Shown one piece after another: positions 1-8,308 of a stretch of DNA of 64,000 nt; positions within the stretch are counted from its first letter, which is position 1, and the number at the start of each line of letters is the position of its first letter. The position numbers were made by a program, and so were the translations under genes. The notes under the pieces are model-generated. The model saw nothing but the letters and a program-made list of their open reading frames with translations. It was not told where the DNA came from and made no database searches. Where the stretch lies: assembly GCA_040905385.1 (NCBI GenBank), contig JBBDRP010000002.1, positions 679,010-743,009 on the forward strand, read 5' to 3'. This DNA comes from Minisyncoccota bacterium. GTDB taxonomy: Bacteria; Patescibacteriota; Minisyncoccia; Phycocordibacterales; SW-6-46-9.

Positions 1-40
1 GTAGAATTGATGGAATATTTTTCATTGCCCAAGTTCTGAA

Positions 41-814
41 TTATTTCCAGATTTCTGCTTCTAAGTCACTAAAACAATCAGCTGGTGCAACTGGTGATCT
101 TGTCGATTTTGGCAACTTATCGGAAAAATCAGAGTAAATTTCTTCAACTTCTTCTTTACTAAATTCCAATTTTTCTATAATCTTTTTTATTCTATCTATG
201 ACACCAGGGGCTAGAAAAGCGAACTCTGAATCGAATGGTTTGTTAAATTCTGGGTCGGAGACTATGTTACCATTCTCATCAGTCATCATGTTTGTTGCTC
301 CATTCAGGTCAAGATAACAAACACCAAGATATATACGTAGCGCCTCTTTGAGTTTTTGTTCTTTTCTCAAAATCTCGGCCATTTGAAATCTTGTATTTCT
401 GTATAAACCCCACTGTCCGCTCTTTGCATGATTAAGAAGATCCTCGTTAAGTAATCCCCATTGAACATCGTGATCAGAAGGTTCTTTGTCGCTAAGATTT
501 TTTCGCAATGTTTCTTTCCTGTCTTCAAATCTCTTTTGCTCCTCAAGATACGCTTCTTGTGTTCCGTTCTCAATCCGCCATTGCTCGTCAATTTTTTCTG
601 CTTCATCTTTTGTAACAACTAGGCGTACATTATCTGGCGTTGTGCGGACAAGCATAAATTCTCCGCAATGCGGACATTTTGTTTTTGCTCCTGGCACCTT
701 TTTGAGAGCTTCGTGACAATTCGGACATTCAGCTTTTCGTTCGTCTTTTGGCTCTTGTAATACTTCCACTCTTTGAGTTGGTTTATTGCTTTTTATAAAG
801 TCAAAAATACCCAT
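41..814 (-). CDS. hypothetical protein with N-terminal C4 zinc ribbon (CPNC...CPHC)
   Basis: 257-aa ORF with two CxxC pairs near the N-terminus. Last gene of the minus-strand cluster that begins with the SMODS/SLATT pair. No recognisable enzymatic motif. Confidence 0.45.
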   Translation of the reverse strand: MGIFDFIKSNKPTQRVEVLQEPKDERKAECPNCHEALKKVPGAKTKCPHCGEFMLVRTTPDNVRLVVTKDEAEKIDEQWRIENGTQEAYLEEQKRFEDRKETLRKNLSDKEPSDHDVQWGLLNEDLLNHAKSGQWGLYRNTRFQMAEILRKEQKLKEALRIYLGVCYLDLNGATNMMTDENGNIVSDPEFNKPFDSEFAFLAPGVIDRIKKIIEKLEFSKEEVEEIYSDFSDKLPKSTRSPVAPADCFSDLEAEIWK

Positions 815-821
815 ATGCTAT

Positions 822-1556
822 TTAATTCTGTAAAGCGGAGTGCATCCAATAACTATCAGCAATATCAGGTAAATTGTCAGTCAAGAAATTATCCCAATTT
901 ATTTTTTCCCAAGTTTTCCGCTCAATCGTTATTAGTGCAACTCTGCTGAGTAATTCTTCACCATACTGATCAACCAGTGTTAAATGTGATTCAACAACTA
1001 TCGCGTTGACATCTTGACCCACGATGGAAGACAATTCTTTCACTAAGTCTTTAGCATCACTTAAAATCCCTCTACGAGTGAGATTCGTCGTTAAGTTTTC
1101 TTTGGCAATGTAATCAATCCAAAGCTCTCCGTCACTAGTTTCGATTCCTCTAATTTCTACATCATGTCCAAGTGCCCGCAGTATTCCAAGTTCAATATTT
1201 CGTTCCGGCGTTTCTGCCTGCGTTAGATAGTTATAAGTTTGAGATGTTCCGGAAAGTATCCCATCCCTTTCGCTTCTAAATTCTTTATCACTTTGTATAG
1301 CGGGCAAAAATATAGATCCAAATATTAAAACGACGAGCACGACAAACGTTGCTGGAACGAATTTCTGCATTTCGGGCTTTTTCTCAAGCATTTTTATTGT
1401 ACCGATAGTCCCTATCAGAGCAAGAATGAAGCCCGTTAAAAAATTTAAGACAATCCAAAAGAGAATGAGCAAAACAAAAAACATTCCCCCGGCAACTTTT
1501 TGCTTTTTCTCCTTTGTCTTTTTATCGTCTATGGCTGATTGATTTTCTTCATTCAT
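822..1556 (-). CDS. hypothetical membrane protein (two TM helices followed by a soluble C-terminal domain)
   Basis: 244-aa ORF with a Lys-rich N-terminus, two hydrophobic helices and a roughly 150-aa C-terminal domain. It sits 8 nt upstream of the zinc-ribbon ORF, so the two are probably co-transcribed. Confidence 0.45.
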   Translation of the reverse strand: MNEENQSAIDDKKTKEKKQKVAGGMFFVLLILFWIVLNFLTGFILALIGTIGTIKMLEKKPEMQKFVPATFVVLVVLIFGSIFLPAIQSDKEFRSERDGILSGTSQTYNYLTQAETPERNIELGILRALGHDVEIRGIETSDGELWIDYIAKENLTTNLTRRGILSDAKDLVKELSSIVGQDVNAIVVESHLTLVDQYGEELLSRVALITIERKTWEKINWDNFLTDNLPDIADSYWMHSALQN

Positions 1557-1714
1557 ATTTTGTTTGTTACTTAATAAAATAGTTCATTCACTCTCTCTTA
1601 ACTAGATTGTATATGTCTTCATTGCTCTCGTACACCCGCAGTCGGCCAGTCATGATGCCCAAGTGATACAACACACCCTCACTCATCAACCGCCAGTTCA
1701 TATCTTTCTGTATA

Positions 1715-2170
1715 TTATCCTAATTTTTCTTTCGCTTTTTCGTACGCCCAATCGGTAGTTGGTGGGGTCAGACGCACTAGTTGTTCGTATTCTTCAGATA
1801 CCTTTTCAGCTTTCTTCAAGAGATCATTCTCAGAGTAACTTGATGATAATGATTTCAATCGTGATGCCTTATTCTTTATAACTGTAAAGTTTTTAGCTGC
1901 ATTTAAATTCTCGTAGTAAGATTTATTTGGATTTATGACAATACTAGTTGCTACTATCACAGAAGATATAAGTGCGAGCAGTCCTGACCATGGCTCTATA
2001 AAACCTTGGATGAAAGCTGCGCTTGATAAGGATGCAATCACAGCCGGAAACAGTTCGGTAAATCGTGAGATCATTTTACTTCGTGTAGCAATAATATGAT
2101 GAGATTCTGCAGTGTATCTGGCGTTATCTGTTATTTTTTCAAATGTTTTTATAATGTTTTCTTTACTCAT
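1715..2170 (-). CDS. SLATT-like 2-TM effector protein (partner of the SMODS nucleotidyltransferase)
   Basis: 151 aa with an N-terminal helix (NARYTAESHHIIATRSKMISRF), two adjacent TM helices and a charged C-terminal helical tail. It lies 9 nt downstream of the SMODS gene on the same strand. Confidence 0.5.
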   Translation of the reverse strand: MSKENIIKTFEKITDNARYTAESHHIIATRSKMISRFTELFPAVIASLSSAAFIQGFIEPWSGLLALISSVIVATSIVINPNKSYYENLNAAKNFTVIKNKASRLKSLSSSYSENDLLKKAEKVSEEYEQLVRLTPPTTDWAYEKAKEKLG

Positions 2171-2181
2171 TTTATTATTGA

Positions 2182-3519
2182 TTATCTTTTAATTGGTACT
2201 AATATGCGATCGATGGCTACACATTCTTCATTTACGATGATATAGCACTCTACGTAATGTTCACCATGGTATTTCGTATTCTCAATCCTTTCTTCTTTAC
2301 CCTTATCATGAGATATTTCACCTCGTAAATCTTTTGCTCTCTGTGCCTCACTTCCATAGTTGCGAACTTTCCACATTACTCGATAAGAGTCTGGGACATC
2401 AATATCTGTAATCTTGAAGGTTAACCTCTTCTTTTTTTCAAGAGGAACCCCTTTGTCAATGAACCAGCTCAGAGGATTTTTTCGAAAACTTTTCTGTTCA
2501 ATATCAGCATCTATGGATACTGTGTATCTGGAGGATGTGTCTATGGGTATACCATAGTCTTCAGTTATATCTTGATCACCATATGATGGATACTGCTCAT
2601 TTAGCTGAGCGATGTTTGTTTCTGACGCGTATTTTGCAAATTTATTGTGTGATGTAGGGAAATCCATACCGAAAATCTTTCTCCATTCTTTAGACGCTTC
2701 TTCAAGATTTCCTTCTGATTCATGATTAAGGGCTTTTTCCGAGCGTTTTTTAGCAGTTTGAGTACGAGAGACCCAGTCTTCACCTAAGTTAATGAATTGT
2801 GATGAGGCAGGTGAATATAAATTCGAGTTTCGCTTCATTACTAAGTAGTCAAAAAAGCCAGCGATCAAGTGGGGGAATTTCGGATTTTCATTCTCTGCAA
2901 AAGGTAGATTAAGAAAATTAACCGCGAGAAGCTCTACTTGGTAGGAAGGTAATGGTACGTTTGAATTTTCGACCCATTTCTTAAGAATTTTTACAAAATC
3001 TAACGTGAGCGAGTTTTGCTCTTCTGACTGCTCTAAATTTATGACTTCCATATTAGGGTTCCAAATCTCCCAGAAACCTCCGTTTTCTGTATTTGGAATC
3101 TTAAAAGCTCCTGAGGAAAGTTTCCATGCTGGTAGAAGCTCTACCGAATGGGAACTTTCTGCAAAGTTTATAACAATAACTTTTCCAAAGGCGGTTATAT
3201 GTTCGGTTGTTGAAAATCTTTCATTCAATATTTCGCGGATTTCTTGCAATAATTTTGATTGCCGATTTCCCTGCCCGGCATCAAAACGACCAAATTCTTC
3301 ATCAGGCATTATGAAAAGTAAATCTATATCTTTCGGTGGCCGTATGTTTGTATCTTTTCTGTATGACCCCACTACTTCTTTCGTGCTTCCATCATAGTCA
3401 CTTTCGTAATACTTATCATGCACAGCACCACACACACTTTTAATTTTCGTCGAAGCATCTTCTTTTTGGCGTTCTGTGAGCTCTATATTACTTAAGAGTT
3501 GTAAGAAATTCTCATTCAT
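2182..3519 (-). CDS. SMODS / CD-NTase-like nucleotidyltransferase with a C-terminal extension
   Basis: 445 aa. Pol-beta type motif GSYRKDTNIRPPKDIDLLFIMP (G-S ... D-x-D), with a further acidic residue in the downstream ...VELLP... segment. The roughly 200-aa C-terminal region has no recognisable motifs. Confidence 0.6.
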   Translation of the reverse strand: MNENFLQLLSNIELTERQKEDASTKIKSVCGAVHDKYYESDYDGSTKEVVGSYRKDTNIRPPKDIDLLFIMPDEEFGRFDAGQGNRQSKLLQEIREILNERFSTTEHITAFGKVIVINFAESSHSVELLPAWKLSSGAFKIPNTENGGFWEIWNPNMEVINLEQSEEQNSLTLDFVKILKKWVENSNVPLPSYQVELLAVNFLNLPFAENENPKFPHLIAGFFDYLVMKRNSNLYSPASSQFINLGEDWVSRTQTAKKRSEKALNHESEGNLEEASKEWRKIFGMDFPTSHNKFAKYASETNIAQLNEQYPSYGDQDITEDYGIPIDTSSRYTVSIDADIEQKSFRKNPLSWFIDKGVPLEKKKRLTFKITDIDVPDSYRVMWKVRNYGSEAQRAKDLRGEISHDKGKEERIENTKYHGEHYVECYIIVNEECVAIDRILVPIKR

Positions 3520-3527
3520 ACAGCGTG

Positions 3528-3770
3528 TTAGTGTTTAGCATCCTTAGGTGGGTACGGATCATTTCCAGGTGGTACAGTGTCACTATCTCGAATGGGGCCT
3601 TTCGAGCTGTGGATACGAACCTCACCACCACCACTGCTTGCTGAATAGTCTTTAGCGATTTTTTCAGCTTCTTTTTGGGTATCGGCATAGCCGCTTACTT
3701 TGCTGGCACCCTCTTTTTTAATGCGCCACTTCTTTTTATCTTTATCTTGACTTATGTGGTAATTGGCCAT
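3528..3770 (-). CDS. DUF2188 family protein
   Basis: 80 aa. The pattern HI..D..KW.IKKEGASK...ADTQKEAEKIA...A...GGGEVRIH...G.IRDSDT..PGNDPYPPKD matches the DUF2188 signature. Confidence 0.7.
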   Translation of the reverse strand: MANYHISQDKDKKKWRIKKEGASKVSGYADTQKEAEKIAKDYSASSGGGEVRIHSSKGPIRDSDTVPPGNDPYPPKDAKH

Positions 3771-3772
3771 AG

Positions 3773-4408
3773 TTAGTTATCTAGATTAGGAAGTGTGGTT
3801 ACATACACACCTTGAATACGAAAATCCTCAGAGAGAATGATCGGGTGGTATTTATCTGGTTTGGTTGTTTCTGGTTTAAGCACCACTGACCCATCTTTCT
3901 TTTTCAGTCGTTTAAGAGTAGCCTCGTCGTCAATAAGAGCAACAACTATTTCTCCTTCATCTGCAGTGTCACGCTGCTCAATAAGAACGAGATCTCCATC
4001 ATTAATACCTGCCCTATTCATAGAATCTCCTTCAGCACGAAGAATGAAATAGTCGCTGCCAGGTGACGCAACTTGTGTATCTAGAGACACGTAAGATTTT
4101 ATGTTCTCATCGGCAAGCAGCGGTTCTCCACAAGCAACCCGTCCCACAATTGGTATTTCTACTGTGTAAGTATTCTCTTTTTCAGCTGCTGATCTTTTTA
4201 GCAACCTTAGTTTATTTCTAGATACACGCTCAAGAAACCCTTTCTCGATTAAAGAGTTTGTCAGGCGAGCCCCTGTTCTCGGAGAGCTATGACCAACCTC
4301 TTCTGCTATCTCTTTAACAGTAGGAGTAGCCTCTTTGTGTACTAAGGAATTGCGGATAAAGCGAAAAGCAACTTTTTCTTTTTCTGTAAGTGGCTGTATA
4401 TTGCTCAT
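3773..4408 (-). CDS. lexA: LexA-like repressor (winged HTH + S24 peptidase, Ser/Lys dyad)
   Basis: 211 aa. LexA-type DNA-binding N-terminus (TPTVKEIAEEVGHSSPRTGARLTNSLIEKGFLER), an autocleavage-region-like VGRVACGEP, a catalytic Ser in GDSMNRAGI and a Lys in ATLKRLKKK. Confidence 0.75.
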   Translation of the reverse strand: MSNIQPLTEKEKVAFRFIRNSLVHKEATPTVKEIAEEVGHSSPRTGARLTNSLIEKGFLERVSRNKLRLLKRSAAEKENTYTVEIPIVGRVACGEPLLADENIKSYVSLDTQVASPGSDYFILRAEGDSMNRAGINDGDLVLIEQRDTADEGEIVVALIDDEATLKRLKKKDGSVVLKPETTKPDKYHPIILSEDFRIQGVYVTTLPNLDN

Positions 4409-4689
4409 GTAAATAACAGTATATTAAATATTTACCTTAAAATCAAGTGGAGTGAGTCCCTCTATTGGATTTACCGTTCCAAAGCTAGTAATATAAGTAT
4501 AGACAACTTATGCCTAAACCACTGGTGTGTGGCATGGCGCAATACATGAAATCCATCCAAGGTACAAAGCTCCTCGTCAGGAGCACCTTGGATGGTTGTC
4601 GGCGGAAACGTCGGCAGATGGGCCTCGCCCATCAACTGGCGGGGAGCTTTCTGCATCTCCGCTCATTACAAAACTAACCAAAACCATCT

Positions 4690-5520
4690 ATGGAAACAGA
4701 GAAGACTCAGCACAAACCAAATTCTAAATGGAGCTGGATCATTGGAATAATCCTTGTTATTGCAGGTCTTGACATGTTAAGCGACTCGTTAGCGCTAGGT
4801 ATAACCTATCTTTTGGCAGGAACGATAATCATGCCTCCTGTCTCTAAGATGATCTCAGAAAAGACAGGGATTTTTATGTCCAACAAAATAAAAATTATTT
4901 CTGTAGTTGTATTATTTGCAATCGGAGGACTTGTAGGATTGTCCGCTAAAATGGACTCTGACCAAGCAACCACTCAACAGGTCAATCAGCAAGAAAATAC
5001 GGAAGCAGCAGTTGAAGCACAGGAGAAAGTAGATTACGAATTATTAACTGATGGCCCATACGTGCCAAACGGTCATAGGTATTCTGTGCTACTACCCGAA
5101 AATTCATCTCAGTCTGACGTGAGGTCTGTAGCACAAAAAATAGTTTCAGAAGATAACAGTGGTAGTGACGAAATAACGATCTTCTTCTGGGATGATAAGC
5201 GTCAGTATGAATTAGGTACTAGTTACAATGTAGCTGAAGCAGAATGGTCTGGAGGTGAAATATCCTATCAGTGGGTAGAAAATAACAAAGACTCAAGCTT
5301 AAAGCCAACTAGTCATGAACTTGAAATATACGATTACTACTGGGAAGTATTTGATGAGCCAGGTAATCCACGAGGATATGTATCTCACCCAACAACAGAC
5401 GAACAGGCTAATGCATGGGAGCTTCAAAGAATAGAAAGAATTACTGCTGAGTATGATATCTCTACAGACCGTCTCTTTGAAATAGTGAGAAAGACTCTGA
5501 CTTGGCAGTTTTCTCAATAG
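4690..5520 (+). CDS. membrane-anchored hypothetical protein (two N-terminal TM helices, extracytoplasmic domain)
   Basis: 276-aa ORF divergent from lexA. Two hydrophobic helices are followed by a Q/E/T-rich linker and a roughly 180-aa domain. Confidence 0.5.
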   Translation: METEKTQHKPNSKWSWIIGIILVIAGLDMLSDSLALGITYLLAGTIIMPPVSKMISEKTGIFMSNKIKIISVVVLFAIGGLVGLSAKMDSDQATTQQVNQQENTEAAVEAQEKVDYELLTDGPYVPNGHRYSVLLPENSSQSDVRSVAQKIVSEDNSGSDEITIFFWDDKRQYELGTSYNVAEAEWSGGEISYQWVENNKDSSLKPTSHELEIYDYYWEVFDEPGNPRGYVSHPTTDEQANAWELQRIERITAEYDISTDRLFEIVRKTLTWQFSQ

Positions 5521-5831
5521 AGTGTTGTAAGGTTTCCAAAATATATAAAGTATTGTGTAGTTGCATACTTTTCAATGTCTGTTAGTATAGATATGTGTTC
5601 GAAACGAACACTAAAGCACATTAAACAATTACTGAATTAGATTACATGTCCCACGCGCGGGCTCATCATGGCACAAAAACCGACGCAATGGTCATATAAT
5701 CAAAGATTTCAGTCAAACGGCGTATTCGCTTGGGTCATCATGCCAGAATAGCCATACGTGCGAACTGTGAATCAAGAAACTAACAAAACCCTTCTGGGGT
5801 GTTAGTGTTTTGGTTTACAGCTTGTACTACT

Positions 5832-5864
5832 AAAGCACCACCTCAGACAGGTGGTGCTTTTTTG
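5832..5864 (+). terminator. rho-independent terminator hairpin (aaagcaccacc-loop-ggtggtgcttt + T tract)
   Basis: A perfect 11-bp stem followed by TTTTTT, lying just upstream of the ParB-methyltransferase gene. Confidence 0.6.
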
Positions 5865-5890
5865 ATTATTTACCACTCACAAAATTAACT

Positions 5891-7162
5891 ATGGAAAAAC
5901 TAAACTGGCGCACAGAAAAACGAATTGTAGACGACCTTGTGCCGTACGAGCCTAACCCCCGGCAAATATCTGAGACTCAACTTGAGAAACTTAAAGATAG
6001 TCTGGAAAAATTCAACTTAGTAGAAATACCAGCAATTGATGCCGACAATACCATCATTGCTGGTCACCAACGACTGAAGGTCATGCAGCTACTTGATCGT
6101 GGCGATGAAGAAATTGAAGTTCGTGTACCGAACCGAAAGCTCACCCACGAGGAGTTTGAGCAGTATCTTCTTACTAGTAACCGCTCCGGCGGCGACTGGG
6201 ACTTTGATCTCCTTAAGGAATTCGATATTGAATTACTCTTAGAGGTTGGCTTTGACGCCACTGATCTATCCCATATCTGGGATGACATCCTCAGTATTGA
6301 AGACGATCAGTTTGATGAGGATAAAGCTCTTGAAAAAGCAAGTGAAACAAACATTGAACTCGGAGATGTCTTTGCTCTAGGTAAGCACCGGCTGATATGT
6401 GGCGATGCGACCGACAAAGAGACCGTCCAGAAACTTGTCGGTAGTACAAAGATTGATTTGGTAAACACTGATCCGGTGTACAACATCAACTTAGACTACA
6501 ACGCCGGCCTTGGTGGCGAAAGCTCATACGGCGGAACAACTAACGACAACAAAAGTCAGGGTGAGTACGAGAGCTTTCTGAACAACCTAATTACGAACGC
6601 ACTTTCTGTCACGAACGAAGATGCTCACATCTTCTTCTGGTGTGACGAAAAGTATATCGGACTACTACAGAATCTGTATGCAAGACATGAGATCAGTCAC
6701 AAGCGAAATTGTCTATGGATCAAAGGACCGCACAACCCCACCCCGAAGGTTGCCTTCAACAAATGCACAGAGTACTGCATCTACGGCACCGTCGGAAAAC
6801 CGTATCTCTCTGAACGGATTAAAAACTTGACCGAACTACAGAATAAGAACGTCGACAGCGGCAACCGCCTTATCGATGACGTGCTTGATCTTCTGAATAT
6901 CTGGCTAGTGAAGCGAGTCAACACCAGTGACTACGAACATCCAACCACCAAGCCACCAGCACTATATGAGAAATCACTACGACGCTGCTCAAAGCCCGGA
7001 GATAAAATTCTTGATCTCTGTGGTGGTTCTGGCAGTAGCTTAATTGCAGCTGAACAACTAAATCGAATGGCGTATCTAGTCGAGATAGAGCCGGTATTTT
7101 GTCAGGTAATCATCAATCGGTATGAAAAACTCACCGGAGAAAAAGCAGAAAAAATTAATTAG
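5891..7162 (+). CDS. ParB-like nuclease domain fused to DNA methyltransferase (N6-adenine/N4-cytosine type)
   Basis: 423 aa. N-terminal ParB/Srx motif (NPRQISE...LVEIPAI...GHQRL). The C-terminal half carries TDPVYN (a DPPY variant), HPTTKPP and CGGSGSS. The C-terminal half is paralogous to the next ORF. Confidence 0.75.
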   Translation: MEKLNWRTEKRIVDDLVPYEPNPRQISETQLEKLKDSLEKFNLVEIPAIDADNTIIAGHQRLKVMQLLDRGDEEIEVRVPNRKLTHEEFEQYLLTSNRSGGDWDFDLLKEFDIELLLEVGFDATDLSHIWDDILSIEDDQFDEDKALEKASETNIELGDVFALGKHRLICGDATDKETVQKLVGSTKIDLVNTDPVYNINLDYNAGLGGESSYGGTTNDNKSQGEYESFLNNLITNALSVTNEDAHIFFWCDEKYIGLLQNLYARHEISHKRNCLWIKGPHNPTPKVAFNKCTEYCIYGTVGKPYLSERIKNLTELQNKNVDSGNRLIDDVLDLLNIWLVKRVNTSDYEHPTTKPPALYEKSLRRCSKPGDKILDLCGGSGSSLIAAEQLNRMAYLVEIEPVFCQVIINRYEKLTGEKAEKIN

Positions 7163-7895
7163 GACTGGAGATGTTATTGAACTAGGTGACCACCGACTTG
7201 TTTGCGGTGATGCCACCGACAAAGATGTAATGGAAAAGCTTGCTAAAGATTTGACCATCGACTGCCTGTTAACCGACCCGCCCTACGGCGTCTCATATAC
7301 CGAAAGCAAAAAAGACTTTGCCAAGCTCTCCAATGACACAGCTATTGCCAACGATGATCTGGATGATGAAGCTGGTTACCAAAAATTCACAGCTGCCTGG
7401 CTGGAAGCCCTGCTCCCCCATTTGTCTAAAAAGAACAGCCTGTACATCTTCAACTCAGACAAAATGATATTTGCTCTACGCGAAGCCATGGTTGGAATGA
7501 ATATTCACTTTGCTCAACTACTTATCTGGACAAAGACACACTCAATCATTGGTCGGCTGGATTACCTTCCACAACATGAGCTGATCGCCTACGGCTGGTA
7601 CGGCACACACCAGTTTGAGAAAAGTAAGGACAAAAGCGTACTTATTCACCCAAAACCAAATAAAAGCAAACTCCACCCCACAATGAAGCCGGTGGGGCTA
7701 CTGCGACGCCTAGTTCTCAACAGCACGAAAGTTGGAGATGTGGTTTGCGATCTGTTTGGTGGATCAGGATCAACATTAATTGCCTGCGAACAGACTAAAC
7801 GAAAGTGTCTGATGGTTGAATCTGATCCCGAATACTGCCAAACAACTATAAACCGTTTTGAGAAACTTACCGGTAGTAAAGCAACCATCCTATGA
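7122..7895 (+). CDS. DNA methyltransferase (DPPY motif, N6A/N4C class)
   Basis: 257 aa. Motifs HRLVCGDATD, TDPPYGV, HPTMKPVGL and FGGSGSTLIA. It overlaps the 3' end of the previous gene by 41 nt. Confidence 0.8.
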   Translation: MKNSPEKKQKKLIRTGDVIELGDHRLVCGDATDKDVMEKLAKDLTIDCLLTDPPYGVSYTESKKDFAKLSNDTAIANDDLDDEAGYQKFTAAWLEALLPHLSKKNSLYIFNSDKMIFALREAMVGMNIHFAQLLIWTKTHSIIGRLDYLPQHELIAYGWYGTHQFEKSKDKSVLIHPKPNKSKLHPTMKPVGLLRRLVLNSTKVGDVVCDLFGGSGSTLIACEQTKRKCLMVESDPEYCQTTINRFEKLTGSKATIL

Positions 7896-8308
7896 GCAAA
7901 GAAAAAACAATTGAAAAACGGCAAGAGATCCGAAAGAAACTCATTGTTGAGCAGTTAGAAAAAACGCCAATTGTTGAAACATCCTGCCAAAAGGTCGGGA
8001 TCGGGCGCTCCACCTACTACCGCTGGCGTAAGGAGGATTCGGAGTTTGCCAAGCGAGCAGACAAGGCCCTCTTTATTGGTAAATTACTTGTCAATGACAT
8101 GGCTGAGTCACAACTGATGAGCCTGGTAAAAGAAAAGAATCTATCAGCGGTAAAGTTCTGGCTTCGCAACAACCACCCACAGTACGCTCGCAAGCTAAAC
8201 ATTAACGCCCATCTTAAACACGAGCGTAAAGAACTGACTGACGAGCAAAAAGAGATTGTTCGCAAAGCATTAACATTAGCAAAACTTAACTCACCTGATC
8301 ATGACTAA
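7892..8308 (+). CDS. phage terminase small subunit (HTH-containing)
   Basis: 138 aa. HTH GIGRSTYYRWRKEDSEF typical of TerS proteins. Overlaps both the methyltransferase and terL by 4-8 nt. Confidence 0.65.
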   Translation: MSKEKTIEKRQEIRKKLIVEQLEKTPIVETSCQKVGIGRSTYYRWRKEDSEFAKRADKALFIGKLLVNDMAESQLMSLVKEKNLSAVKFWLRNNHPQYARKLNINAHLKHERKELTDEQKEIVRKALTLAKLNSPDHD

